64,000 nt of DNA from Cystobasidiomycetes sp. EMM_F5 (taxonomy: Eukaryota). The translations under genes were made by a program, and so were the position numbers. The notes under the pieces were generated by a model. The model was not told the DNA's origin, did not search any database, and was given only the letters and a program-made list of their open reading frames with translations. The stretch lies in assembly GCA_051047955.1 (NCBI GenBank), contig JBPGPT010000003.1:310001-374000 (forward strand), written 5' to 3'. Positions 51,775 to 63,116 of this stretch are shown piece by piece. The stretch's first letter is position 1. Every line of letters starts with the position of its first letter.

Positions 51775-53354
51775 CTACATTAGATACTGCTCCGCCGCAG
51801 ATTAGTTCTAGCGGCAATCTGTGCATCGGAGCCCACTCACTGCTGATGCGATCAGGTTCTGCGCGATTTGATCCTGTACCGCGTTCAATATTACGTTGAT
51901 ACCAGCAGTGTCGGTGCAACATGTGTTATGCACATAGATGCGCTTGCTCTGTCGGGCGCCTTATGAGTCGACCTCCTCTGTATGCTTGTGAGAGCAAGAC
52001 TTACCGAATGATTCTGCTCCAACATGGATTGTCCCAAGTAGGCCAGCACATGCTGCAGGGAACGCGGACCACGATAATCTGGCAGATGCTCTCGCAAATC
52101 AATCGTAGGTAGCTTTTGTGCAAGGATGTCAATCTTGTTCAAAAATAAAATAATCTGACTGTTCTTGAACCAAGCGCTGTTGGCAATTTGACCGAACAAT
52201 GACTGAGCCTCCTCGAAGCGTTTCTGTAAGCATGAAGAGGCTTGTTAATTCAATTCTTGATCCTGACATGATCGCACTCACCACCTGCGAATCTTCGTAA
52301 AGCCGCTGTACTCAAGTCAGGGTCAATGAGTAGTTATATTTGAGTACGCTGGCACTTACTTGATCTAGCTCGGACACCGCAATGAGGAAGAGCAATACGT
52401 TGACACCTTCAAAACAGGAGACCCATTTGCGCCGTTCCGAGCGTTGACCTCCAACCTGCTGGATGGTGAGTGTACATCTCCTCTGATGAAGCTGACCACT
52501 CACATCCATTACCCGATATATCCGATCTCCAACATGGAAGGAAGTTTCTGATATCCCTATGGTTCACAGTATAAGGCGTTTGCTCGATACGAACGATATT
52601 GCGTTACTCGCCTGTGGTCTTGACACGACTGCGCAGGATGTCTTCATTGGTGGGGACGAAGTCTCCTACAGAATACCGGTGTATATTGTCGAAGAAGAAT
52701 GCAGCCGAGTCGTTGAGTTGATATTCCGCAGAGCGCATTACGCAAGTCTTCACATTCGCCGAAGCCCAAAGACCCTCAAGAGCCATGAAGTGCGCCGGTG
52801 ACAAGTGGTCCAGCAATTGCGGCAGCTCGGCAATCATTGCTGCCCAGCGCGATTCTTCGGGAGTCGTAAACGGCAAATTCAGTTGCTCCATCGCTTCGCT
52901 GTCTTCTATATCAGCACCTGAATCGCCACCGATGATGCGAAATACCCACATCACGACATTCATACTGAGAACGAGGTTTGACAGAATGACGGGTACATAG
53001 TCCAGCCTATCTCCCATCGAATATGCTCGTTCGTGATACTTGAGACGCATCTGTTTAAGGACTGACAAATCAGAAAACAAAAACATGCATTAATGTCTAA
53101 TGATGAGATCGGGAGCACGAGCCTTTGCTGCGTACCGGTGCTCTTTCCTGACTCTGTAAACGTGAGAAGGGTATCATTTTAGTCGTAAGACAACTCGGCA
53201 GCTTGCACAACTCGCCTCCCGTCCCGAGCAAAAGAATTTTGATAGTCTTGTTTTGAGCCTGTCGATCTGCTTCTAACTGCTTCTCGATAGACTTGCTGAT
53301 TGAATTGGCGTCATCATCGCCCGTGGTCATAGATTTGGATGAGTTGCAGCCCAT
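51775..53354 (-). CDS. Heterotrimeric G-protein alpha subunit (divergent)
   Basis: MGCNSS (myristoylation/palmitoylation), [50 protein letters not shown]-terminus NLIASA|YLM*. Confidence 0.93.
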
Positions 53355-54021
53355 TTTGACGGTTCCAGAAAACGTGTGTTGGTCTATGGAGTCAGAAGCA
53401 CTTGGATAGTGTGACAGTAATAACGTAAACCTGTCAATGTTCCGTGCGAGTGCTGCTAGACGGAATCCTGAGCGGAGAGCGCTAGGGTTAGTCTGAAAAA
53501 TGTGGCCGACGAAATCTGGGATGAAACAATGCAGATGCCGAACTCTGTCTCACGATCCCCTTGGCAGCGAGTTGTACTACGGCTGACGCAATACTCCGAC
53601 ACGTTATAACGGTTCCGACGGTCTTAACGACTGTACTGAACCGAGCGCGAGCTTGAAAAGCGGAGACAGAACGTACTGAGAGTAGACTCGACGAAGGAGT
53701 ATCAGAGATGTTACGTGTATTTGTATCCAGGGTATGGTAGTCGCTGTTCATCGTCACCACTGTCTCCAAAACCGGCTGGCAGCCGTAATCTTCGAAGGTG
53801 GAGACAAGCTAAACGAAAAAGTTTCGATTGTGTGAGAAGCGCCAGCGCGCATAGTTCGCGGCGTAGGATATTGCTTCCGACATGTTTATAAGTGGGCGAT
53901 ATAGTCGGTCTCCGCATACACAATATTTACTACGACTCGACGAAATGGTTGATGGCTCTTGCAGTTTGAAGTTGTGATTATTGATATCATTGTATTTGAG
54001 TACCGAAGCGCTAAACTTTAC

Positions 54022-54164
54022 GGGGTCTTAACTCAGTGGTAGAGGTGTGTTCACAGTCGCCCGTTGACAAGACTTGGTCCTGACGTTCCCCACTAGTTTC
54101 CGCCTGCAGTAGCGTTTCGTCTTAGTTCAGCGGAATGTCAGGTGTTCAAGTCACCTAGATCCCT
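54022..54164 (+). tRNA. tRNA-Cys(GCA) with two introns: 54045-54096 (spliceosomal-like, D-arm position 24/25) and 54110-54128 (canonical 37/38)
   Basis: Acceptor GGGGTCT/AGATCCC plus U73. D-stem ACTC/GAG|T. Anticodon stem TCCGC/GCGGA with loop CT-GCA-G|A. T-stem AGGTG/CACCT with loop TTCAAGT. Spliced length 72 nt. Confidence 0.9.
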
Positions 54165-54165
54165 G

Positions 54166-54172
54166 TTTTTTT
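54166..54172 (+). terminator. RNA polymerase III oligo-T terminator
   Basis: T7 run starting two nt after the tRNA discriminator base. Confidence 0.8.
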
Positions 54173-54402
54173 GTCCGCCTCAATTGCAAGTACGCAAATA
54201 CACCTGCAGTCAATCATACACCGACATACTACAGCTAGCTATATGCACTCTCTTTTATCAGTGCTGGAATCGACGAGCTAGGTTATCCAATGCCAAACGA
54301 AATGCTGTCAAACAATACTAACGCGACTGACAACATTCACAGCATGTATAGTCGCGACAGCGGAGAGCTGAAGCTGAAGACTATGCACTTGATGCCTCAC
54401 CG

Positions 54403-55439
54403 ATGAGTAGTTATAACCCTTTTGGATGGAGCGATACCTACGCTCGCGACAAGGTGATGTGGCATCGACGACAGGCAAACAAGGCCTCACCAACTGTCGA
54501 TCCGAAAAAAGTTACCGAGGCGGAAAACAAAGTTAGGACGGCTGAGACGACACTCAGCAACGCGCCGGATGCAGCGGCCAAACAAGCCGCGCAGGATGCG
54601 CTTGATAAAGCACAGGAAGAAGCTAAGAAACTCAAAGGAGTCGCGACTTCTGACGGGAGTGCGAGCACAACCGCACACACCGTGATGTATCTCTTCACCC
54701 GCATGCTTCTCAGCATTGAAATGGGGCTCGTGAGCACACACTTCAAGCTCATAGAACTGTGCTGAATCTGTGTCAGCTCTTCGAATTGGTAGGCTCTTTC
54801 GTACTGGCGAATATGGACTATGCTGGTTTCGATTTTGGCTCGCACAAGAATTCGAAAGGCATCGTGACGATTGGGGCGTTGGGGGGTGTCTCTATCGGTG
54901 TCGTCTTGATTGCTTTTGATATGTATGCACAGAACAATCCCAATATCAATGGCTTGGGCCACAAGCCAAGCAGCGTGGCCTCCACAGAGTCTAAAGAGTC
55001 AGACATTGGGGCGGCGTTAGTGCGAATGATCTTGTGGCCTGGTCTGGGTGCCCTATCCGGTGTGACCGGCACTTTGTTATGGTGAGCTCAAACACGCAGG
55101 GGAGTTCGGCACGTGCTCATCAGGCCATACGTAGGCACCTAACACAAGTAAGTTGGCGGACTGGCAAGTCATGATGATTTTGACGGATAATGCAGAATTC
55201 CCGTCCAGAACCAGCAGCGAAGGTGTGTACCATTATAGGAGTTGACGTTTAGTAACTGATCATGCCTTTTCAGTCTCGTGCAGCAACCGGTGCATTAGTA
55301 CAAGCTATTGGTAAGCTGAAAATGCTGCCCAATGTGTTTTATGTAACTAACGTTTGCCAATTGAAACAAATTTACTCAACGAAGGCGCAGCTGGTAAGAG
55401 AAAGAAACGTGAGTTGACATGCAGGACTCATGTGATATG
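54403..55439 (+). CDS. Hypothetical membrane protein (helical N-terminus, Gly-rich hydrophobic segments); 3' exons approximate
   Basis: ORFs 54403-54765 and 54759-55085 joined by an intron. Hydrophobic segments GIVTIGALGGVSIGVVLIAF and ILWPGLGALSGVTGTLL. Several short downstream exons. Confidence 0.5.
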
Positions 55440-55785
55440 ATTTCAGTGGCTATATCTGCGCCATCGACTGTACAGCTCGTAGCTGTGGCATTGCGAGAGG
55501 CGGTGCCTAGCAAATGAAGACTCGGATGTAAGGTCGAGCGCAGATGGTAGAATTACACGCACACCAAACGGAGTCCCTTGTGTACTGATCAACCGCACCT
55601 AGCGGTTCATCCACCACTTGAGCCCTGTGCGAATTATGTGCAAATAGTCTTGGAGTCATCTTGGGAGCCACTCTGTCACGGCGGCCAAATCATCTGTAAT
55701 CGCTGTGAGAGTGAGAAATGATGCCGGACGTGCTATGTCAGACTTACGGTTAGACGGATCCAAGTCTTAGGTGTCATTTGACGTA

Positions 55786-56209
55786 TCACAATTCATCTCG
55801 ATGCCGATTTGCTGCATGTAGCATTGCGAGTAGGTCTTCCACACTGCGAAGTGAGCAGGCGTCAGCTCTAGTTGTTGACACCACAACCCCGTGATTGTCT
55901 GCAAGTCTGATTGACGGACGTGAGATCATCAGCATTAGAGACAACGCGCTCTCCCTCAGGCTGGTTATGCTCCGCATTCTCCAGGATTTCAGCGTCTGCC
56001 TTTTCCCGCTGCACATCGAGTTCTTGATCCTCCTTCATGAAGCCTCTCTGCGGGCGAAGCAGCTTTGGTTGACCTTCTCGGATGGCGGCACTCGGTGATT
56101 GTGACGATTCCAATGCAGCAGCCGATACGGCAAGCACCAGAAGCAGTAACGTGACGAGTGAGATGGTCAGACTTGCAGCAGATGCGTGGAACCTGCCTCG
56201 GTACCGCAT
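55786..56209 (-). CDS. Small signal-peptide protein ending in RDEL (putative ER-lumen resident)
   Basis: ISLVTLLLLVLAVSAAA hydrophobic N-terminus. After a GT...CTGAC...CAG intron the frame ends DDLTVEDLLAMLHAANRHRDEL*. Confidence 0.6.
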
Positions 56210-56510
56210 ATTCTGGAATCGGCCTATGCGAGACCGCAAGCGGTAGATGTCTGCCACCGGCAATGTTCCTTCGGAGGCGAAAGCTATAACGTAACGAAAG
56301 AATCCCGCATACAACAGAGCCTACAGTTATGTGGTTTACCTTCCCTTCAACTCCTCAGTCCAATGGACCAAGCCAAGCCACCTCAGCGGAGGACTGGGAT
56401 GGCTATTGCGCAACTTCTGATGACTAAGTAGAACGCAACAGGCTGTCGCGGACATCACACCCACTCGATACCGTGGTAAAGCGACCGTTCACAGCAGCTG
56501 ACAGCTTGAG

Positions 56511-57246
56511 CTAGAATAGCATGCCTCCAATCTGGTTGTAACACCGGGAAGTGGTGAATATCAGGATCGATCTCGAAAGCCAGAGGTCCACTATATTCAG
56601 GACAGACTCACCTGCTCGATAACGACGTCTATCGAATCATTGTCCTCCATGTCGAGTTTCATTGGCGTGTCATCGGCGTTGATGCGAGTACCATCGTACA
56701 AGAATTTGACCTGCGACATATAGAGTCAGCAAGGATGCCACGATTGTAGTAGGCACTCCTTACGGTGTTCCGGTCTTGCCCTGTAAAGTAGGGGAATTAA
56801 GTGCATGAGTTGACTGCTCTTCCCTACGCAAATACAGCCCACCGTTTCTGTCGGCATACGCCCCCATCAACTTTCCGAGCTTCGTGTTCATCTTGATCTG
56901 GGCGGGATTGGAGTGAGTAAAGACCATAAGCTTGCCAGAGACGTCATCCTACCTTGAAGAATGTTTCTGAACCGTGTCCGTCGACGACTTTGACTATCGA
57001 CGCGATGCGGGCATTCTGCAGTCAGCTTCCAGCTTCCAGCTCGCGTTGAATGGTGCTGTATTTGGAGAAGCGTGCACGGGTGTGACAGTACACTCTTTAT
57101 CCATCTGCCTTTGACCGGACTTGGTACTGTACACCAGGGCGCCTATGTTGCAACGCTCGACACCCCCCGCTTTGACGCAACTCACTATTGATATGCTCGT
57201 CGCCTGCCGGCCTCTTCGCCTCTGGCTGCTCCTCGTTGTCCGACAT
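56511..57246 (-). CDS. SMT3: SUMO (small ubiquitin-like modifier)
   Basis: Six exons give [97 protein letters not shown]. Confidence 0.95.
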
Positions 57247-57570
57247 GGTATTTGCGGCTCTTAGCTGGGCAGTCTGCTGTTTGCGTAGTTTTGGCAGAGA
57301 ATTGTCGGGAAGGCGACCTCGTTTCGAATGGGTCGTCGTTTACACGAGCCCCCAGCAGGCTTGATCAATTAACAACTCGACCATTGCCTGAGAGAGCAAA
57401 CTGCATTCCATAGACATCTTGATACGCTCTGATCAACGCCTGCTGATGGCATGACTGGCCGTCTTCGATAATATCGTACAGCGCGTCAGAATCTCAACTT
57501 GTTTTCAACGCAAGAACAGGGCAAGTCTGCGAATATCGGGCAGGCAGGACCGCTGTAAGCGAGCAACAAG

Positions 57571-58202
57571 ATGTCTCCAACACCGGAGACACCTCCTCGA
57601 GACGGAAAGGTGAGATTCGGCAAACAGCCTCGACCTGCATCGGTGGCAGCCGTAACGCGATTATCTATTTTGGCGGCAAGCTCGCTAACATTTTGTCGAC
57701 CATGTGCTGTCTTGCAGATAACAGTATGGCTGCCCCTGGACTGCTTCGCGGCTGTTCTGACAACTTTCCCTCTTGACGTAACATTGACTTTGCATACTTA
57801 TCAGATCAGAGTGACATGGCCGCAAGATCCCGAACCAATCGCATTTCGTGTAAAGGCAACAGCTCCGTTTCAGAAGATATTCAACGAGGTTCGTAACCTG
57901 CCGACCTTTGTTCAATGTGTCAAGAAAATTCGCTGAATCCTTGGGCATTGGCCCTGACAGTTGGCGAGACTGAAAGGTGTTGGTCCAGGCGCCTTCAACA
58001 TGATGCTGGACGGAGAGAGGTGCGCGCTAGGCGCCTCGCTGCAAAGCACAACTGACAACTGGCAAGCAGAATTAATCTAGAACAGACTCCAAAGATGCTG
58101 GAATTGCAAGATGGAGATTTGGTAGATATCGGCCTAGCGCAAGTCGGAGGGTCTCCGTTGCTTCGTGAAACTGCCAGCTTTCAATGCACCACATTCTGTT
58201 AG
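57571..58202 (+). CDS. Divergent second SUMO-like ubiquitin-fold protein with diglycine motif
   Basis: Exons 57571-57609, 57718-57723, 57805-57888, 57961-58019 and 58070-58202 give [106 protein letters not shown]. Confidence 0.82.
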
Positions 58203-58485
58203 GGTGTGACGCCCATCAGGGTCACCAAAAAAAACCGATTCATGTATCCATTTCATGACTTTCTTATAGTCTTGACATGTACATTGAAGGAAAACGTCGC
58301 TTGTTGTTCTACTTCTTATGGAGCCATGTACAGATTGATACGAAGGTACATCGCTTCTACCTCTTCAGCTTTTCGTCCGCATCGCAAAGATTTGGGCATA
58401 GCGTCGAGCCTCGAATTTGAGCATTTACCTGACTATATCTTTTACTGCTGCTTTACATGTGATAAAGACAACAATGCGTCTGCAG

Positions 58486-61180
58486 CTATAGTCTGGATTG
58501 GGCAAGGCCAAGCTTGTGCGCATGCTGGAAATCCAAATGTCATGAGCTTCCGTCTTCCAAGGTCATAATGAGATTGGCACTGACTGTGGGGTATTTCTCG
58601 ATAAAGTCAAGCTGCGCCCGAGTTGCATTTTCATAAGCCAAAGCATTCTGCAACTCCGGCTCCGTGCGAGCAATCTCAGCACTATGCTCGAATGTCTTGA
58701 CGGCGTCCTCAATCTTGTTCTGTTGCAACAAGAGCTGTCCGAGCGTCGCCACTGCTATGTCGCTGGCGGGGTCCAGAGCCAGCGCCTCTCTGCATATGGC
58801 CTCGGCTTCCTCAAGCGCTGTCCGTGACTGATACAAGCATAGTGCTTTGTTGACCATCGGCAGCACGTTGGTTGTTACGCCGGGGCTGTGATTTGTGCGT
58901 GTCAGAGGAGACCGTTTCATCGTATAAATAAACTCACCTTTGTCTTGCCTTCTCCAATTTGATGGCCTTGTCGAGGTTCTCCAATGCGGATGTAAATTCG
59001 CCGCGATCAAGTAAGAGTTCGCCATAATAGTTGTACCTAATCGAGGATCAGCCGGCTGGGAGATTCAGGCTCCACATCGTGCACGCTTACACTTCCGGGC
59101 TGGTCGAGCCAAAGTCTTTAATTATACGTTTGAACATATGCAGGGCCTGCTCGGCTTGATCGTTCTTATATCGCGCAACTGCATGCTGAATTTGGCTGAA
59201 GACGAAGGTCTTATCCAAGTCGCTCGACCTTTTGTAGTCTTCGATAGCGGATCCGAACTGGCCAGTTATGAAGTAGACTTGCCCACGATGATAGTAACTA
59301 CAGGGCATCGTTACTACAAGCGCATAGGACGAAGCACACTCCGCTTACATATCGGGGTCTGCAGGATTAATCTTGATCGCCGTCTCGAAAGATTCGAATG
59401 CTTCTTCATGACTCGCTGTTAAGGGAATTGACGTGTCAACGCTCTGCATGCACGAGCATACAGGACTCAAGAAACGTACCCAGCTCCATATGTACGGAGG
59501 CCTTCTTGACCCATGTCTGTGTGAAATTGGGGTCCTTCTTCGTGGAAAGCTCCAGATCCTCCAAAGCAGCCTTGGCGTCTCCCAGGATAAATCTAGAATC
59601 AACGTAAAAGTCAGATATCGTCTGACTGAAGAGGCAGCAGTCGCACTTGAAGGTTCCCGTCATATTGTACGCTCTGCCAGACAGTGTGTCGTCCTTGATG
59701 CCCTGCTCAATTGCCTCATTGAAGAGTGTAAAAGCGTGCGTATAGTTTCGGGCGTCCAGAGCATCGTAAGCTAAAAACAGAGTGTCTTCTCCCTGGGAAT
59801 GGAGCCCTGATCTCGGTGGGCGTGCAGCTGTTTTTCGCACTGTGAGCGATAATGACAGGTAACGATAGAACAAGACTGACTGGCTCTGAATGCTTCCATG
59901 TATGCTTTAATGAAAGTGGATGATGGTAGACGAGGTTCGCGATCCTTGTTATAGACAGTCTTTCAGAAGGAACGAGCTGCCGCCAAGTTATTCAACTGAC
60001 CTTCATGATTCTGACTGCTTTTTCAGATGCCAGTCGCTTCATCACGCGATCGACTGCTTTAGCCATAGAGTCGCTTTTGAAACCGTCAATAATAGCTCCA
60101 GCCGTAAAATCTATGAGACAGTGTAAGAAGCAAGCACACTGACTGTGCGCATAACGCACCGCATAAGGCCAGAAACAGATTGTCTTCGCCGCCGAGAGCT
60201 TCTCTAGCTTGACCGCGGCGATTTATGGCTTTGACATAGACTGGATCCAGACGTAGGGCACTTGTGCAATCATTGACCACTTCTGTATTGTCATTCAAAT
60301 TGGTGTAGCCTGTTTCAGGAGAATACGGGTCAGCAGGCTCGAACACGTAGAGATTGCGCACAATAACGTACACGCTGCCCTGTTAGAGTAGTAGACAGCT
60401 TGTTCGTCACATTCAATAGCCTTGCTGTATACTTCGACGGCTTCACGGAATTTTTTCGATGAGTATAGCTTGTTACCTTTCACCTTGAGTTCTGCAGCTA
60501 GCTGTCGTCGTTCCTGCAAGCGGGGTACGCAATACGGCAGGCGAATGTTCAGCGAGATGAGCTTCAGCCTGCTGTTGATGACCGTACTTCGAGTGGGAGG
60601 GCTGCGACTTGAGCCGAAGTCATCATGAGCGGATCTGCTTGTTCTGGCGAAGGCAGTGTGTCAGTGCCTGCTTCTAAGACCTCACTGAACTAATGCGCTC
60701 TCCACACACAACCTCTGTGCGGATTACAGCACGCGGTTGAAACCCACCTTGCGCTATGACATCTGGATCTGGGCTTTCGACCGCGGACGAAGTCGCAGAA
60801 GGCTCCGGTTGCGTCGCATTGGATATACTACCACGCCGTTTCTGCTTCTTCTTCTTCGACTTCTTTCGTTGCCCTGTCGGACTGCTCTCGATATCGTCCC
60901 CGCCGGCTACATCGTCGAAATCTCCTTCCCAGTCCTTCGCTGATCGGGAGTGTCTGTGCGGTCTTGTGTAATAGTAGTAGCCCGCTGCGCCCGCGAACAC
61001 CACAGTCGCTCCTGTCGCAAGTAGCACTGCCCGTTTATTTCGCTCGATAAATTCCGACACCCGGCTTCCAAGCGTTGTCGATGACGAGGCCGATGCGACG
61101 CTCTGGCTCACTCCATCGGCCAATTGGCCATTCGTGGTAGAAGCTGCAATTCCAGCAGGATGCGAAAAGCCGCCCGACAT
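58486..61180 (-). CDS. TOM70: Mitochondrial import receptor Tom70
   Basis: N-terminal anchor AVLLATGATVVFAGAAGYYYY, TPRs AAELKVKGNKLY, VYYSNRAAC, YVKAINRRG, YYHRGQVYFI, NVLPMVNKAL, DIAVATLGQLLLQQ. Confidence 0.95.
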
Positions 61181-62077
61181 TGCAGTGTTCGCCAATCGCT
61201 GTAAGAGCAACCCTTGCGGCTGGACGAGAACTCCTCAGGCACAAGCATGTCGAGCAAGCACCTCGTCCGCAGGTGTACCATCTTCGACGACTACAAAGCG
61301 GCGTCGTTTCGTCTCTCTATTTTCATGCTGCATGCAGTCCCGTGACGAACTGCTGTGCAGCCCGCAAGCAGCAGGTCCCTGCGACATACAGATCCGTCAT
61401 TCAACACGCCAGACATTTGTCGCAATAATGTCCACCGAGCGGTGTGTCGACCTCTGATGCATCACATCTGCTAATACGATAATCACATCTAAAAGCACCG
61501 CCTGTGCACAAACGCAAACAATGCTAGACGCCACGTACATCCACGTCGCATAAATGTAACATCTTCACATCGGATCTCTCCAGCTGATTGAGCAGCAACA
61601 GCCTGCAATTTTTCATTCTGGCGTGTGAGGAATTTCCGTTACGGTGAGCAATACGGGAGTAACAACGCGTCGAAGCGCGCTGTGCTGCAGCTTTCGACAG
61701 CATACATGCTAATGCCAACGTCGAAGGCTGTCGAAGTCCTGACAGAGCTCAAGGTGGATCTGATGTGATACGATATGAAACCCAACGAGAAGACGACTAT
61801 AGGTGACGCCCGCTAGCTGGCTGGGCTGCAAAGACTGACTGAGGAAGGGGAAACTGAAATTCTGACAGGGTATCTCGTTACGATTGATCACGCACGCATT
61901 CTCTGGGGACACTGCTGCAGCGGGACTGCGAAAAGCCAGCTGCAAAGACACCTGCTCATAATCAAACGCTATCTCACAAGTGGCTTGCCGCTATGCCAAT
62001 CGACTGTATATAGGGTGGTGCCAGCTATTTTGATTCAGCCTCCCTCCTTTTCTGGAGATCTCCTGTCTATTCGCAGC

Positions 62078-62185
62078 TGCAGCTGCAGGTTGCCCAACCA
62101 GTTGAAGTAGGTTGCCTAATACCAGCTGAAGTAGGAACCCTACTGCTCAACCCTACTTCAGCTAGTCGGGCAACCTGCAGCTGCA
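62078..62185. repeat. 34-bp imperfect inverted repeat (hairpin) with an internal direct repeat
   Basis: Arms 62078-62111 and 62152-62185 are reverse-complementary with 3 mismatches. The spacer contains a second CCAGCTGAAGTAGG copy. Confidence 0.8.
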
Positions 62186-63116
62186 TCTAGCTCTCGTCAC
62201 TCTTAAAACTGGACCGCAATGATTACATTGCAAATTAGTCTTCGAGGCACGTTCATTCAGTCACCGGTCCCGGTCACTTCGAGACCGCCGCGGCCGCCTT
62301 CGTGCGCACCGGTGTCGTGCGGACTCAGCTGTCCTGCAGCTGTCAGCAAGTAAAGTATGTGTGCAGTGTAAATAGGACAGCTGTGTTTACACTTTGCATC
62401 ATTTCCCTAGGTGTAAGTTATATAGCAGCTGCGGCCGGCATCAACGCCAAGATTCTGACCGACTCTGACCGACGAGCCTTTCACGTCTACGCCTCACAAG
62501 CTTCAAGTGGAGTTGAAGTATCTATGTGTTCGTGCTAGAGTGTGCCAGCATATCCATGTCGTCTTCGCGAAGTATGTACGCTGAAGTTGCCAGAACTTGA
62601 AGCCTGCGGAATCAGCAGGCGAGACTTCGCTCGCTGCGAGCAACTTGGACACCGCTACATAGATTCATGCCGCGACACAAAGTCACTTGCGCCGCGGCTG
62701 CATCTTCTGATCGCAGTATGATCAAGGGACCTGTCTCGCGAGCCTGTCCCAGCATGTCAAACTTTATTTGTGACTTTAGCCTGTTGCAATTGACTTGGGT
62801 TCACGCAGACCGTATCATGCCGTGCTCTTTGCTGATCGAAGAAGGAGCACGATACTACCTGCTGGCGGGCTCTGTTGCGGTGCCATCAGTTCATGGACAT
62901 CTGCACAGCTGAGCGTGAGACCCCCTGAGGCCACCCCTAAGATCGATACCTGCAGCGCGCCAGTCGAGACCTGAAGATCCGGACGCGCGTACTTCGGCTT
63001 TGGACGTGCTACACAGTATCTAGCAACCCATCCCCTGCCCCAAGTGTCAGACGTCGGCTCTGCTCGCTCTCGCAGCGCACCTCAAAGCGAGAGCTCGTGG
63101 CCGCCGCCACGACCCT

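Noticed and set aside
51746..51790. Possible CaaX-like C-terminus (CCWV) on the G-alpha
   Set aside because: It is out of frame. The spliced frame stops at YLM-TAG (51775).
53488..53769. 93-aa minus-strand ORF upstream of the G-alpha gene
   Set aside because: No ATG-supported start, no domain and no intron signals. Likely intergenic.
54109..54130. The second tRNA insert could also be read as GT...AG (GTAGCG...TTCAG)
   Set aside because: It is only 22 nt with no branch point, and removing it would destroy the anticodon loop and stem. The 37/38 reading (54110-54128) gives a perfect arm.
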